Source: Ptychomitrium polyphyllum (taxonomy: Eukaryota). From it: a stretch of DNA of 64,000 nt. The stretch is from NCBI GenBank assembly GCA_973851085.1, contig OZ316775.1, positions 19,964,001 through 20,028,000 of the forward strand, in the 5' to 3' direction. The notes under the pieces are model-generated. The model was not told the origin of the DNA, searched no databases, and worked only from the letters and a program-made list of their open reading frames with translations. A program made the translations under genes and the position numbers. Shown piece by piece: positions 50,964-62,806 of the stretch (the stretch's first letter is position 1; each line of letters starts with the position of its first letter).

Positions 50964-53939
50964 ATGGCAACGAAGTTCAAGATCAGGAAGTTAGTCGGTC
51001 GTTTTCTTCAAGTTGTATTTCTGAATCTGCTGTTCGGATGCGGAAAGGATGGTATGACATTGAATGCGCAAGGTGCAGACAATGCCGGAAAATTGTACCT
51101 TGACCGCAAGGAGTCAGATGTACGGAAAATAGCAGGAGATGCGACCTCAGGAAACGGGAACTGCGGTAAGTTTCAGCCCTTTCATCTTCTGCGTGGGCTT
51201 CTTCCTCATACTTGCATCAATCTATTGACATTCTTTCGCGCTCTCCATTTCTAAATGAACCTGGTTCAATTCTCTTTAACCAATTCTATTTGACTTCTGG
51301 AACCTCAAAGGGATTTCTGTGGTTATGTTTACTTAGTTCTATCAGTGATTGCATTTCTTATGCTGACGTTCTTTTGCTTATGGTTATAAAAAGTTCATCA
51401 AAGCTTAAAAGGAAATAAGTATGTTCAAGCAGATGTTTTATGGAATTTACCTTGCCTCGATTTCAGCAAAATTACTTAGTCTACTGCATCATGTACAATA
51501 TGTTTTATGTGTGAACAAATACACGAATATGATTTATCAACGTTTCGTGTTCACATCGTCATTCTTCTTTTGTTTTCCCTACTTTCTTTTTTCTTTTTTC
51601 CTCTTTTAGCATTTAATTTGAGTTTTCACCTTTCACGTCTTCTACTGAGCATTTTGTCAAAAATATGCTCTGCTATGGTTACAGACAGTTTGAACGGATG
51701 CAGTTCTGCGTGTTCACGTGTGACATGCCAACCAATAATCGGAGAATCGCTGCAGTGCACCACTGTGGACAACAACGAATTTATTAGTATGTGTTTACCT
51801 GGAGCTTGTTCAAACAAGATATTGCTTGATTATAACAAAAGCTTTGTGACGTGAGCCCCTGGCATGATACCCGGTGTTATAAAATTGCCGTTCCTCGATG
51901 CTTCTCATCATTAATTTTATTTCATCTAGCAATCTCTTTCGTTGACTGATTTGTTGTTTAAGTAATTCACTGCATGTATATTACTGATATGTGTTTCTCA
52001 ATTGCAGTCTCCCTGCTCCTGCTTCTCTCAGTTTGGAAACTGAAATTGCTCGTGATATTTGCTTACAAAGAACACTCGAATCGACTTTCAAAACTGTGTC
52101 GCTTCAGTCAGAGTACACTTTGGTGTATTTTGGATCAACCAGCGGTGCATTTCGGGCGTTCCCTGGGCGTGTGAGTTACCGAACCAGGTTCTCCGGCTAA
52201 ATTCGAGTGTTTTGTTTCCCCAGTTTGTGGATCTCTACATGCTGCACTGAAAATTCGTTTCAGAAGATTGTACGTTAAGCTTAGTATCTGAGATTTAATG
52301 TTGGTAATCCTTCAGGAGCAAAATACTACGCAATGCACCTCCTTCGATCCAAGAAAACGGCCTTGGTATCTGAACGGCATATCGGTGTCCAAGGACGTCA
52401 AGATCTTGTTGGACGTTGCAAATAGTATGGGGAGCATAGCCACTGTGGACTACAAACGTCGTCCCGAGAACACGTATCTGGACGTGGCGAAAAACATAAC
52501 TCTGGCGCTGATGGAGACATTTTCGCCCCAAGATTTCGTCGAGGTGTTCTCTTTTGACAGCAGCAACGCGACGACATTAAAAGGGGCTGTCCAGATCGGT
52601 GCTTCATACAATTATTTGAATCCAACTGGTCGCCCTGAGCTTGCTGCTTTAGGGACGAGTGTGAATCTGTTGGCAGCATCTCCTCTTGCAGCTCCATCCA
52701 ATTTGGATAACGCTATCGTCCAGGCCGTAAATTCCTTCACTACTGTAAATAAACTGAAGGTAGGGCATTTGGTTTTCACAATTGTATTTGCAAGGTCACT
52801 TTCTCACGTTGCCAAATTGGTACAGAAGTGGCGTGATTACTAACGTTATTTCATGTCTCTAAATCTACAGATAATTGTCGTGCTATCGGATGGACACTTC
52901 GCCCCTTTGAATAGCACAATGTTTCCTTCTGTGAAATTGCAGAATCAGCAAGTAAAGCTAATGATATACAAGCTACCGACGAATGATGACAGTGTAGACC
53001 CCTTTCTGTTGAAAACTCCGTCGCTCCAGGAGAACATATGTTCAGTGAATGGTTCGTTTGAGAGACTAAGTGCTCCTGAAACAGTGAACCCTCTCTATTC
53101 CATGAGAAGCTACTTTACATTTTTGGCTCGCGTACAGTTGGCTTCTGTAGGTAACAATGCGACTTGGAGCAACCCTTATTCGAGCTTTTCTCAAGATCGT
53201 ACTGCAATTACTGTCACTTATCCAGGCACGTATGTCTTGGAATGTAATTCAGACATTTGTTAATTTTTTGACCCGGTCCAGCTGCATAGAAATGAAGTTA
53301 ACATGTGCAGGACGTACACTGTGTGTTGGCACTTGACAGCATTTGGAAGCGACGGGCGTTTGATTGGTGTCGCGGGCGTTGACGTCGTTATAGATAATCT
53401 TAATCAGCCCCTTCAAGTTTTGGTTTATGCCGAATTTCAGAGTCGAACTAAAGGAACACAGGCACCTACAAGTATCCCTATGACATGCAGCTACCAGGTG
53501 TGTAATTTCAGTTGCATTGACGTTCTTAACAAGCGACTAGTCCTGGTTAGCATTTAGGCTCTGTCTAATGGTGAATATTCTTCGTTGTAATATTTTGATT
53601 CAATGTGTGCAGGTTGATCTTACAAACCCGGTTTGTTCGAATTCGACCCCGCCAGATTCCTCAGCTATTTGCATTAAGAACGATTTAAATTTACTAGCAA
53701 CCCGCACGTGTTGTGGTTATGGTACGTGTGGCCTCAGTACAGGTTCAGGGAATCACGGTTTGCCAAGAAAATACAAGATACTGATTGCAGTGCTAGCAGT
53801 AGTTGCGGCTGTTGCTATTGGCTTTGGAATCTGGGGTTGTATCAGGTTGTGCCGTCCCCGGCCAGTTTGGGATCCCACATTTAATCAAGCAGGAGATCGT
53901 CAAGCAGATGATCGTCTTGATAATCCCGCAGAAGACTGA
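50964..53939 (+). CDS. alpha2delta/CACHD1-like type-I membrane protein (dCache_1 with inserted VWA, Cys-rich segments, C-terminal TM), 604 aa, 7 exons
   Basis: Exons 50964-51165, 51685-51850, 52008-52170, 52316-52759, 52871-53225 (GC donor), 53340-53497 and 53613-53939 total 1815 nt in frame. Motifs VYFGSTSGAFRAFPG, FDPRKRPWY, SKDVKILLDVANSM, IIVVLSDG, WSNPY and LIGVAGVDV parallel the alpha2delta motifs QYFGS..G..RYYP, YDVRRRPWY, PKDMLILVDVSGS, IIMLFTDG, WTNVY and LGVMGVDV. TM is ILIAVLAVVAAVAIGFGIW. Confidence 0.88.
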
Positions 53940-55812
53940 AAGTAGGATGATTAAGTTTTCCACGTCAACAGACCTTGTACAGGACTCCACTGCCCATGGT
54001 TGTGTATATTAAGTCTGAATTCGCACGAATTGAAACACTGTGTACTGCAGCACTGTTTACATGTATCGTAAAGGAAGCTGGCTGTTTGACAATCAGTTTC
54101 CAATACAGCTCATCTATTACTGTATGTGCATCATGGACAAGGGAAGGGATAGGAATTGCTGCAACTTTTCATTGTCTGATATGTTTTCTGAGAATACGCT
54201 GTTTGCTTGCGTAAGACTTGTTTATATTAATTGACGTGACGAGGATGTTCTTTGGGATCGAATGGCATTTTCTGTTTAGTGCTGAATTCAACTTTGGTGG
54301 AAATTGAATTGGCTGTTTGACAGTTGACTTGCTCAGTAGGCGTGTCATACATCAGTGTATGGATTCTCAGTCGATTTTTTCCGCTTGAGAAGAGAAAAGG
54401 GATAATTTATTCCTCCACCTTGGATCATTCACATCGAGGGGTTAGTCAAGGAGTGCAAGAGTGGACAATCTTATTGTTGGGAATAAAATATTTGAGAGTT
54501 TCACAACTCTTATTCCCTAGTCTTTGAGTTACTCAACACCCTCTAAGTCTTGTATCATATTTCCATCATATTTCATTTTTACTATACTACATATTCACCT
54601 TCTACAACAGAACATACCATATAATACCTCCTTGAGAAGATAAAGAAAGTAAAAAATGACTAAAACACATATCACATTAATTGCTCAAGGTTGTAAATAT
54701 GTTAAACAAAAAAATGTATCATAGTAGAATTTTTTTAATGGTACAATCTATTACATTTTGAAAAAAAATTGGATGCACATTAAAGCATTTTGTGCATCTT
54801 TTTGGAAAACACCAACTTTAAAATTAATTGTTTAAACATGTAGCTACAATGTAAAGTGCTAAGTGAGGAACATACTACTTGTGTGTTATTCTTAGTATTC
54901 CAAAAATTCTCCTAGAATCTACAAAAACTCCATACTCAATTCTAAATGATACTGTTTGGCATTTGATCACTAGAATCTGATGCATCCTTAGTATACATGA
55001 AAATGTTTTCAAGCAATCTAAATGCTTCTAGTACAAGAAGATTCACTGCACTTGAGCTCTCATGTGCAAAGCTCTATATGTTTACGTTTCTCTGTATATA
55101 ACTGTATACAGCTTTGTTTTGTAGTTCGGCTTCAAATAAGGCAACCACAATCAGAAGTAAGATTGTTTAGCTGAATTAGGAACAATCACTGCACTCTTGT
55201 AGTCCGGTATCCTTGAAAATAGTATGGTTCATACTATGGATTGTAGAGTACCGAGTTGTTAAAGGATGCTGAAAGCAGTGGTGAAGAATCTTGTGCCGAA
55301 CACAACAAAGCTTGCCAGTTCAGTCACACGACCACTCTCAGGAGCCCACACCTGATGCCAAGGTGCCAGCTTTTCTCTTCACATTTCAGCACCGAGTAAT
55401 CTTGCCTCAGGTGGGATTCTCTCATTTCCCTCAAATCTGCAAGTTTCCCTTCAAAAGTCCAAGTTCTCCGAGCACCTCGTCTTCTGCAGTCTTGAACGCG
55501 GATGTCATCTCTTGGAGGTTCAAATCGTTGAAGTTACTGTCTTTTTGAGTTCAGCTTCTGCTCTCGTGCTCTCTCATCACAACGTGCTCTTAGATTGTTC
55601 ATGTCTTGTGGATTTGGTTACAAGAAGAAATGTGATTGGGAGCCATCTTGAGTTGGGTCTCCATCTCTTTTTAATGATATCTGAATTCTTGTCTGAATTC
55701 TTAGGGTAGAGAATTTTGGAATTGTGGGTTAAATCAACACAGGCTGGGGTGTTTGTGGTAAAAACTTATTTCTTTATTTTTCTCTTTGAAACGAAACTTG
55801 TTGCAGTTGGTG

Positions 55813-55863
55813 CTTTTCTTAGGGATGCAACACTTTTCTTAGGGATGCAACACTTTTCTTAGG
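55813..55863. repeat. 20-bp tandem duplication (CTTTTCTTAGGGATGCAACA x2.5) in a probable 5' UTR exon of the SDR-MDR gene
   Basis: Read directly. Flanked by a TTGCAG acceptor ending at 55806 and an AG/GTAAAT donor at 55862/55863. Confidence 0.85.
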
Positions 55864-56241
55864 TAAATTTATGATGTATTTGAACGATTGGTGTGTGAAT
55901 TGGTGAGATTTTCTTATTTGATCATGTGGTAAGTGGGTTGACGAATTTTTGTACGAAAATTGAATCGTGCGTGTGAATGTAACAACTCTAGAACATGTTG
56001 TTGTTGGGTTTTTATTCAAGATCTCTGTAATACATGTTGAATTTATCAACTGTTGAGGCTTGTAGAGAATTTTTACTTGATTAGGGCTTTCCTTCAAGTA
56101 AATGGATTCTGGTCGTAGATAACTAAACTTCAAGTTTAGATGACTCTGCGCCAAACCTACCAGCTCAGTGAAGTGGATGTGTCGCTTACCATATATTTTT
56201 ATTTTGCATCTGTTCAGAAAGAGTACTGGAAAAGTGGAAAA

Positions 56242-59200
56242 ATGAAGGTGGAGCGGGGCCAAGCTGCTCTGATCACAGGAGCTGGAAGTGGAATAGGTTT
56301 GTCTTTCTCTTCATTATACATGCCAGTGTTCCTGATCCATGAAGGTGACATGTTTCCAGTATCTGATGATTTGATCAAAATGATGATTTCAAATTAGATA
56401 GTGTTTTCGAACTCTTTTGAAATCTGATAATGAAAGAAGCTTAGTAGCAAATATTTCAACATTGGAAAGCTATCAGCTACCTCTACCTCTAGTTATTGAA
56501 GACACTCATTGTTCGAGACTTTGTTGATGCGTATGGTAATTTCATTTGTTTCCCAACTTCTCCAAAAGTGGAAAAACGGCCTTTGTGAAACCCACCCATA
56601 CTATTGTTTGTTTTGTTGCATACTAGTTTTTGATGGATACTATGCTCTATTCTTAGTGAACAATCAATCTTTGGGTTTGTATTTTGTTTCTCAGGACGGG
56701 CTCTGGCATTAGCTTTAGCAAAGCGAGGAGTTCAAGTATCCGTACTTGACTTGGCACCCTCAGAAGGAGAGGAGACTGTGCGTTTAGTACAGGAGGAACA
56801 TGCCCGAATTTCTTACAAGCCCACGTTTCCATCTGCGATTTTCATACAATGTGATGTTAGCAAGTCTGGTACGTCGAACCACTGAACAACCGTTCGAGAA
56901 AATTCGTCATGTTGGCCAACTATTCCAATTTTTAAATATGTGATTCACGTGCTTCGTAGATGCTCACCACTTTGGTTTGTGAATTCAGCTGAGCTGACTA
57001 CCGCGTTTGTTCAGCATCAAAATGTATTTGGGCGGCTGGATATATGCATCAACAATGCCGGGGTTGTAGAGAAGGGTCCCTTTTACGAAGACACTGTAGC
57101 ATGGCGGAAAGTGATGGACATCAATTTGACTGCTGTCATTGAGGGCACACGGCTAGCGGTGAGTTATTCTTCCTATCTGTTCACAATCGGCCATGGATGC
57201 AAACTACAAAACTTACATATCACAAGCGATATATGCTTCTGTTTTGTTGAGTAGAGTGTAAAAATTGCAAGGGCATGTTATCATGGATATCTGACTAGCT
57301 AGTGGGGACAAGCCTCGTGGTCATGGCCACCGGTTACAGGAAATAGGCTTGAGTGAAACGGTTAAATGTTGGTGTTGGAAATTTGCAAACTTGGAAATTT
57401 GCAAGTCAGTTCAGTGGCACCATGAAAACATACTCCAAGTACTGAACCAACTGCTGAAGTTATTCACAGGTGCAAGCAATGAAAGGCCGAGGAGGTCAAA
57501 TCTTGAATATTGCCTCTGCAGCTGGCTTGTATCCCATGCAGTTTGGGCCGCTATACTCAGCTTCCAAAGGTTTGCACAGATTCAGTCTGCGTCCATTTTG
57601 GACATATGAAAAATTCCAGTTAGTTTTCCATCTTCTGACATAGTCTGAATCTTCTCGTAAGTTCATTTTTTATTAGCTTAGTGTACAGTTTATGTATGAT
57701 GCAGGTGGCGTCGTGATGTTTACAAGAGCCTTGTTAGGCTTGAAGAAGATGGGAATCCGTGCCAACGCGCTTTGTCCAGAGGTTCTGACTGTACTATGTT
57801 TCATCAATAGCCTAAGAGGCTTTTCTTATAATTTACTAATTTTTTGGAGGAGGTTGCCTTACTTGGAAATTCATCTGTGCATATTTGGGTGAGCAGTTTG
57901 TAGCGACACCGTTTTTGGAGGGCCTCCCACCAGCTGAGAGGAATTTTGTAAACCGCCTGGGATATGTAACCATTGAAAGAGTTATAGAAGGTAAAACTTT
58001 GTCTCCATCTGAGCTAAACCTTTTCAAACTTGTATGCTCAAGTATTTGTTTCAGGTCCAGAGTTTGCTGTTTGATGTGCGTGTGTTGAACTCATGGACAG
58101 CTGCGTTCTTGGTGTTCGATGATGAGCATAAGGCTGGAGCATGCGTTTGGATCCCCTCCGACAAACCCACCCAATTTTGGCCTACTGAGGAAGAGAAGAA
58201 GAAATATCGCACGACTCTGCCCAAGAAACAGAGCGCTTCTCCTTTGGCCCTGCCTCCTCTTATCCCTTCAAAATTTCAGAAAGTGTGAGTATTCAAAACT
58301 AAGTTTTTTTAATGCCTCTTACAAGACAATGCAAAACCACTCCTTACATAATATTGTCTTTCCTTTTCTGCAGTGTGGTGCACACCTTGAGTTCCGATTT
58401 CCGTGCAGCGACCAGAGTTGTGACCATTACTTACAAACCACCCGTCAAGCCTGGGCATGTTCTTATAAAGTATCTGTATGTTGGCATCAACGCAAGTGAT
58501 GTAAGCCTCCTAGTCCTCGTTTTAGTTCTCCCCCCACTCCAAGTAATATCTGTCTTACGAACATGCTTGTTGGAATTATTACAGATAAACTTCAGCGCAG
58601 GGCGGTACCACGCCACTCCACAGGAAGCAGCTGCTGGTTTGCCTCTCGATGCTGGCTTTGAGGTGACCTTCGCATTCCATTCTGTACAACTCATGCCCTT
58701 CTTTTCCTCTTCTACTTTTATCCTTCAAATCTTTTGCACTACTTGACCTAAAGCTGCCTATGGAGCAGGCTGTGGGACTCATTGCCGCTGTAGGTGAGAA
58801 TGTCTCTCGTGCGGATTTGAAACCTGGCTCGTCTGCTGCCACTGTCACATTCGGTGGATTTTCGGAGTACCGGGAGGTACTTCAATTAAAATCGTCCCTC
58901 TACTACCCGATGATTTGCAAACCTATTCAGTGCAGTTGTGCTTCAGCAGAATTTCAATAGCAACCTCATTATTGCAGGTACCTGCGAAACACGTTTTCTC
59001 AGTCCCAGCAGCAACTCCTGAAGTGGTGGCGATGCTGACTTCAGGTCTCACTGCGTCCATCGGGCTTGAGCAGGTACAGATTTTTGTACACTTCCTGAAA
59101 AGAGAGGCAGCCCCTTCTGAGTCTGAATTTCAGGTGGAGTTTTGGGCTACTCGCATTGACATCCTTGCAACGTCAGGCAGGAAGAATGAAATCGGGAGAG

Positions 59201-60192
59201 ATAGTTCTAGTGACAGCAGCTGCTGGAGGAACTGGTCAATTCGCTGTGCAGTTGGCGAAGATAGCAGGCAACAAGGTGGTGGCCACATGCGGTGGAGCAG
59301 ACAAGGCAGCACTACTCAAGGACTTGGGCGTCGACCGCGTCATAGACTATAAGAAGGAAATCATCAAAGAGGTCAACCAGCAAAAAATCCTTCAATAGGT
59401 TTCGTCCTCTCCAGTTTGTCGACAACTTCGTGAGTGTTCTGACACTGCACTCTTGTCCCAGGTCTTGAAGAAGGAGTTTCCAAAAGGAGTGGATGTGATC
59501 TACGAATCAGTTGGAGGAAAGATGTTTGACACTTGCATGAACGCTTTGGCAGTCTTCGGCCGCATGGTCGTCATTGGCATGATCTCACAGTACACGGAGG
59601 GCGAGGGCGGCTCGTGGAAGCCAGCAAACTATCCTGGACTGTGCGAGAAGCTGTTATGGAAATCACAAACAGTGGTACGCATTTGGTACCTAACACCAAG
59701 GAGGTTAATGGCAAGAATCTCATCACTTAAGCTGACAAATTGTGGGTTAACACTTGGATTTTGCAGTCTGGGTTCTTCCTCGTTCACTACGTGAAATTGT
59801 ACCAGCAGCACATTGGCAAGCTTTATGATTTGTACAGTTCGGGCAAACTAAAGGTAACTTACTATCCCGTTTTGCTGAATATGTCGATGTGGAGAAGAGT
59901 ACGATGTGCTGGTGTTGACAAAATTGTCTGATCGGGTGGCAGATTTTGATTGACCCAAGGAAGTTTACGGGAGTCCATTCGGTGGCTGACGCTGTTGAAC
60001 ACCTTCACTCAGGGAAAAGCCTTGGCAAGGTTTGTGCCTCTCTCGTACATGGATCTCGAGTTGTTTCTGCTTGCTGTTTGATACTCTACTTCATCCTTTT
60101 TGTTTTACTCTGCTTCTCGCTCTTGTGTTTTCCAGGTCGTCGTCCAACTCGCAACGGACGCTGCATCCTCACAACACGCCTCACGCCTCTGA
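56242..60192 (+). CDS. Peroxisomal SDR + MDR (ZADH2/quinone-reductase-like) fusion oxidoreductase, about 16 exons, C-terminal PTS1 SRL
   Basis: SDR half: ALITGAGSGIG, CDV, FGRLDICINNAG, YSASK, IRANALCPEFV. MDR half: YVGINASD, DAGFEAVG, LTSGLTASIGLE, VLVTAAAGGTGQFAVQLAK, GVDVIYESVGG. Last exon 60136-60192 reads VVVQLATDAASSQHASRL*. The architecture matches the Arabidopsis ARP/NQR-type protein as I recall it. Confidence 0.93.
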
Positions 60193-60496
60193 GCAACACC
60201 TAGTCGCTGTTACATTGCTACTCTAGGATGACGTCATTTAATGTAATTGAATCCAACTCTGTATTTTGAACTTGTTCAAAGCGTCATGATGCAATGAACA
60301 TTCACCTCTTGATTCCGAACCATGATTTCATGAGCTTGTTGTCTATGAGCATCTCATATCCCTGATTCTCTGCTGCTCTTTAATTCATCTTCGTTGCTCC
60401 ATTGCTGCAGAGTCGACGGTATGGAAGAACGGTTTCTCTGTGAGTTTGTTCTGCCGAGTTGATTAACCATATGCACTAAGCGTATACATATATAGA

Positions 60497-61260
60497 ACCC
60501 CATCTTTCAACTCAGCTCGGGCAATAGCAATACGCTGCTTCGGACTCCCAGAGAGCTGAAGTCCTCCTCCGACTTGAGAGTTGGAGCTATGTAGCAACGC
60601 ACTAATAAAATTGTGTACATTTGCTGCCATAGCAGCGGCATGTAACCCTTGCTTCGTGGCAGTCTCGCATCTATACAGAATATTCTTCTGTATTGTGATG
60701 GCTAAGAAGCCTGGTTCTCGTGAAACAAGAGCGACTTATCAAGTTTGTTTCCCTGACGTCCTTTCTATCGACGAGGATGTGACTGGAAGTAGGATTATAG
60801 AACCTCTCCAAGAGAAATGGCACTCGACTTTCCAGATCTACTCGCTCCAGCAAGGGCCAAGGACTTTGCCAGTCCTTCTCTTGAAATTCAAATCCTTTGA
60901 AAATCTGTATATCCTGCTTGTTCGGGTACACAAATGCCAAATGCTTGAATTCAACAACACCGACGACGTTGTATACAACCTAAGTTTTGGGATCGTCCGG
61001 ATCATTTTCTGTGCAGCGATCCAGGACGAAAGAGAGAAAGTTCAAGGCTTGGCCTCCCTTTATATTCGGAATCAGTGCAAGAGCCTCAGCAATGGCGTAC
61101 AAGGAAACGGCAAGAACCATGAACACTGTCGACGTTGCTAAACTTTTCATAACCGCTCTTCTCCAGCTACGGTTCGGACATTACCTACGGCCTCCGACGC
61201 CACCATGTTAGCACGAGCCAGCTTGCGATATATCTCCCGAGAATCCTCTCAAAACTATTG
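60497..61260 (-). pseudogene. ABCB: Decayed ABCB (MDR/P-glycoprotein) fragment covering the end of TMD2 and NBD2
   Basis: With frameshifts and stops the minus strand reads GFSGDI...VASEAVGNVRTVA, FMVLAVS...AEALAL...KGGQAL...LDRCTENDPDDP, VEFKHLAFVYP...IQIF, a degenerate Walker A (LAGASRSGKSS), LERFYNPTS, AANVHNFISAL and the ABC signature QLSGSPKQRIAIARA. Confidence 0.88.
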
Positions 61261-62576
61261 GCTGCATCAAATAAGTCCCAAGACATCTGTTAGTGCGGAA
61301 AAAGATTTAAGAATTATGCACTTCTTCATAAATGATGTCATATGATGAAACAAGGTGCAAAGCAAGGGCCAAAGGTAAACAAAAACCCAACAGTCTGACA
61401 CAATCATACACCTTGTCAGGTTCACCAAATACTGAAGAAAATGATCCTGACAATTGAAACGGCAACACGAGCGGTCGTTACTCACTCTCTTCCTCGTGCA
61501 CTCAGTTGTTATGGTTTACTTGCAGAAATGGTCATGGCTATGGCCAACATGTACTCTCATGAGCCATTTGAGTGAAAGACTAGTTGAGCTTTGGGTAGTA
61601 CTGTGTTAATTGTTTAATGATGTATGGTAGTGCATATAATTATGACTCTAGTTGTGGTTTGAATGTAAACCATTTACAAAATTCCTTTATGTGCTAAAAA
61701 ATAATGATATGGAAGCAAGCAATTTGGGCAGACTCGGAACCTTAAAAAACAATTTTTGTATTGCAGCTAAGTTATGAGAACATGAAGGACGTCCAGAGCT
61801 GCAGAACAATGAGACGTTAATCCGCGCAAGGAAGTGAAGCAGTGGCTCCCTGCTCGAAGATGAGAAGAGTGAACCTGATCTTGTGGTTGAGAATAGAAAT
61901 TCTTGGCTACTCTGTTTGCAGTAGAGACGCAAAGTTTGGATTGTGGAGTTGCACGCAGCATGTTTGTATGAATGAAAAAAAATACTCATGCAGATCGAGT
62001 GACACCGGTGCTTGCCAGCAGAGAGAGTTTCTAGTTGGTCCACACATCTTCCACACCTGTGACATCCACCAATTGCACCCAGCTCTCCATCGTACTATCT
62101 GCAAATTCTTTCCTTCACTGGCACTACCATACAGTGTATTCCGAATGCTATAGTAAGTCATGTAAGTTACACCCACTCAAAGAAATTGTATTAGAGACTA
62201 GTCTCTTCAGTAACAAACTAAATTCATGGTCTATACTATTGTGGCAACTACAAGTTGCATGCAACCTTCGTGACTGTGATCACTATACCACCACAATTAA
62301 TGTTTGCTCTAAACATTCCTCATTATGTGCATGGTTTTGAGAGTTTGACGTTGGATATGGTCTAGTTGGAAGCTCTTCTGCAATTGCTTTGTTTCCATAC
62401 TAAATCAAGAGTTGATGTTCCATATGGAGCTTGCAATTGCCAGAAGACAATAGACAACAAATGAAAAGGGTCAAATTTTCAAATGCTTGTAGCACACAAA
62501 CCACTTGTAGTTAGAAGTTCAACCCAAGCTCTTTAGAAACTTGTGAAGATTTGGAACCATTTAACATCATATCCTA

Positions 62577-62806
62577 ATTGGAGACAATCCTAATCGTATA
62601 TAATTTGCATCAAAAGAAAAAATAACTGATTGGAGACAATCCTAATCGTAGATAATTAAAAAAATCAAGAAAATCTGAAATAAACTATAATTTACTTTCT
62701 CTATGAAAGTCTTGAATATATTAGATACATCTAGATGTTTGATTAGAAAATATTAGATACATCTAGATCTTTGATTAGAAAATATTAGATACATCTAGAT
62801 CTTTGA
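62577..62806. repeat. Short local duplications in AT-rich DNA
   Basis: ATTGGAGACAATCCTAATCGTA occurs twice (about 62577 and 62629). A ~33-bp unit ATTAGATACATCTAGAT(G/C)TTTGATTAGAAAAT occurs about 2.7 times at 62720-62806. Confidence 0.8.

Noticed and set aside
60581..61141. 186-aa plus-strand ORF
   Set aside because: It lies exactly antisense to the ABCB pseudogene and has no independent motifs.
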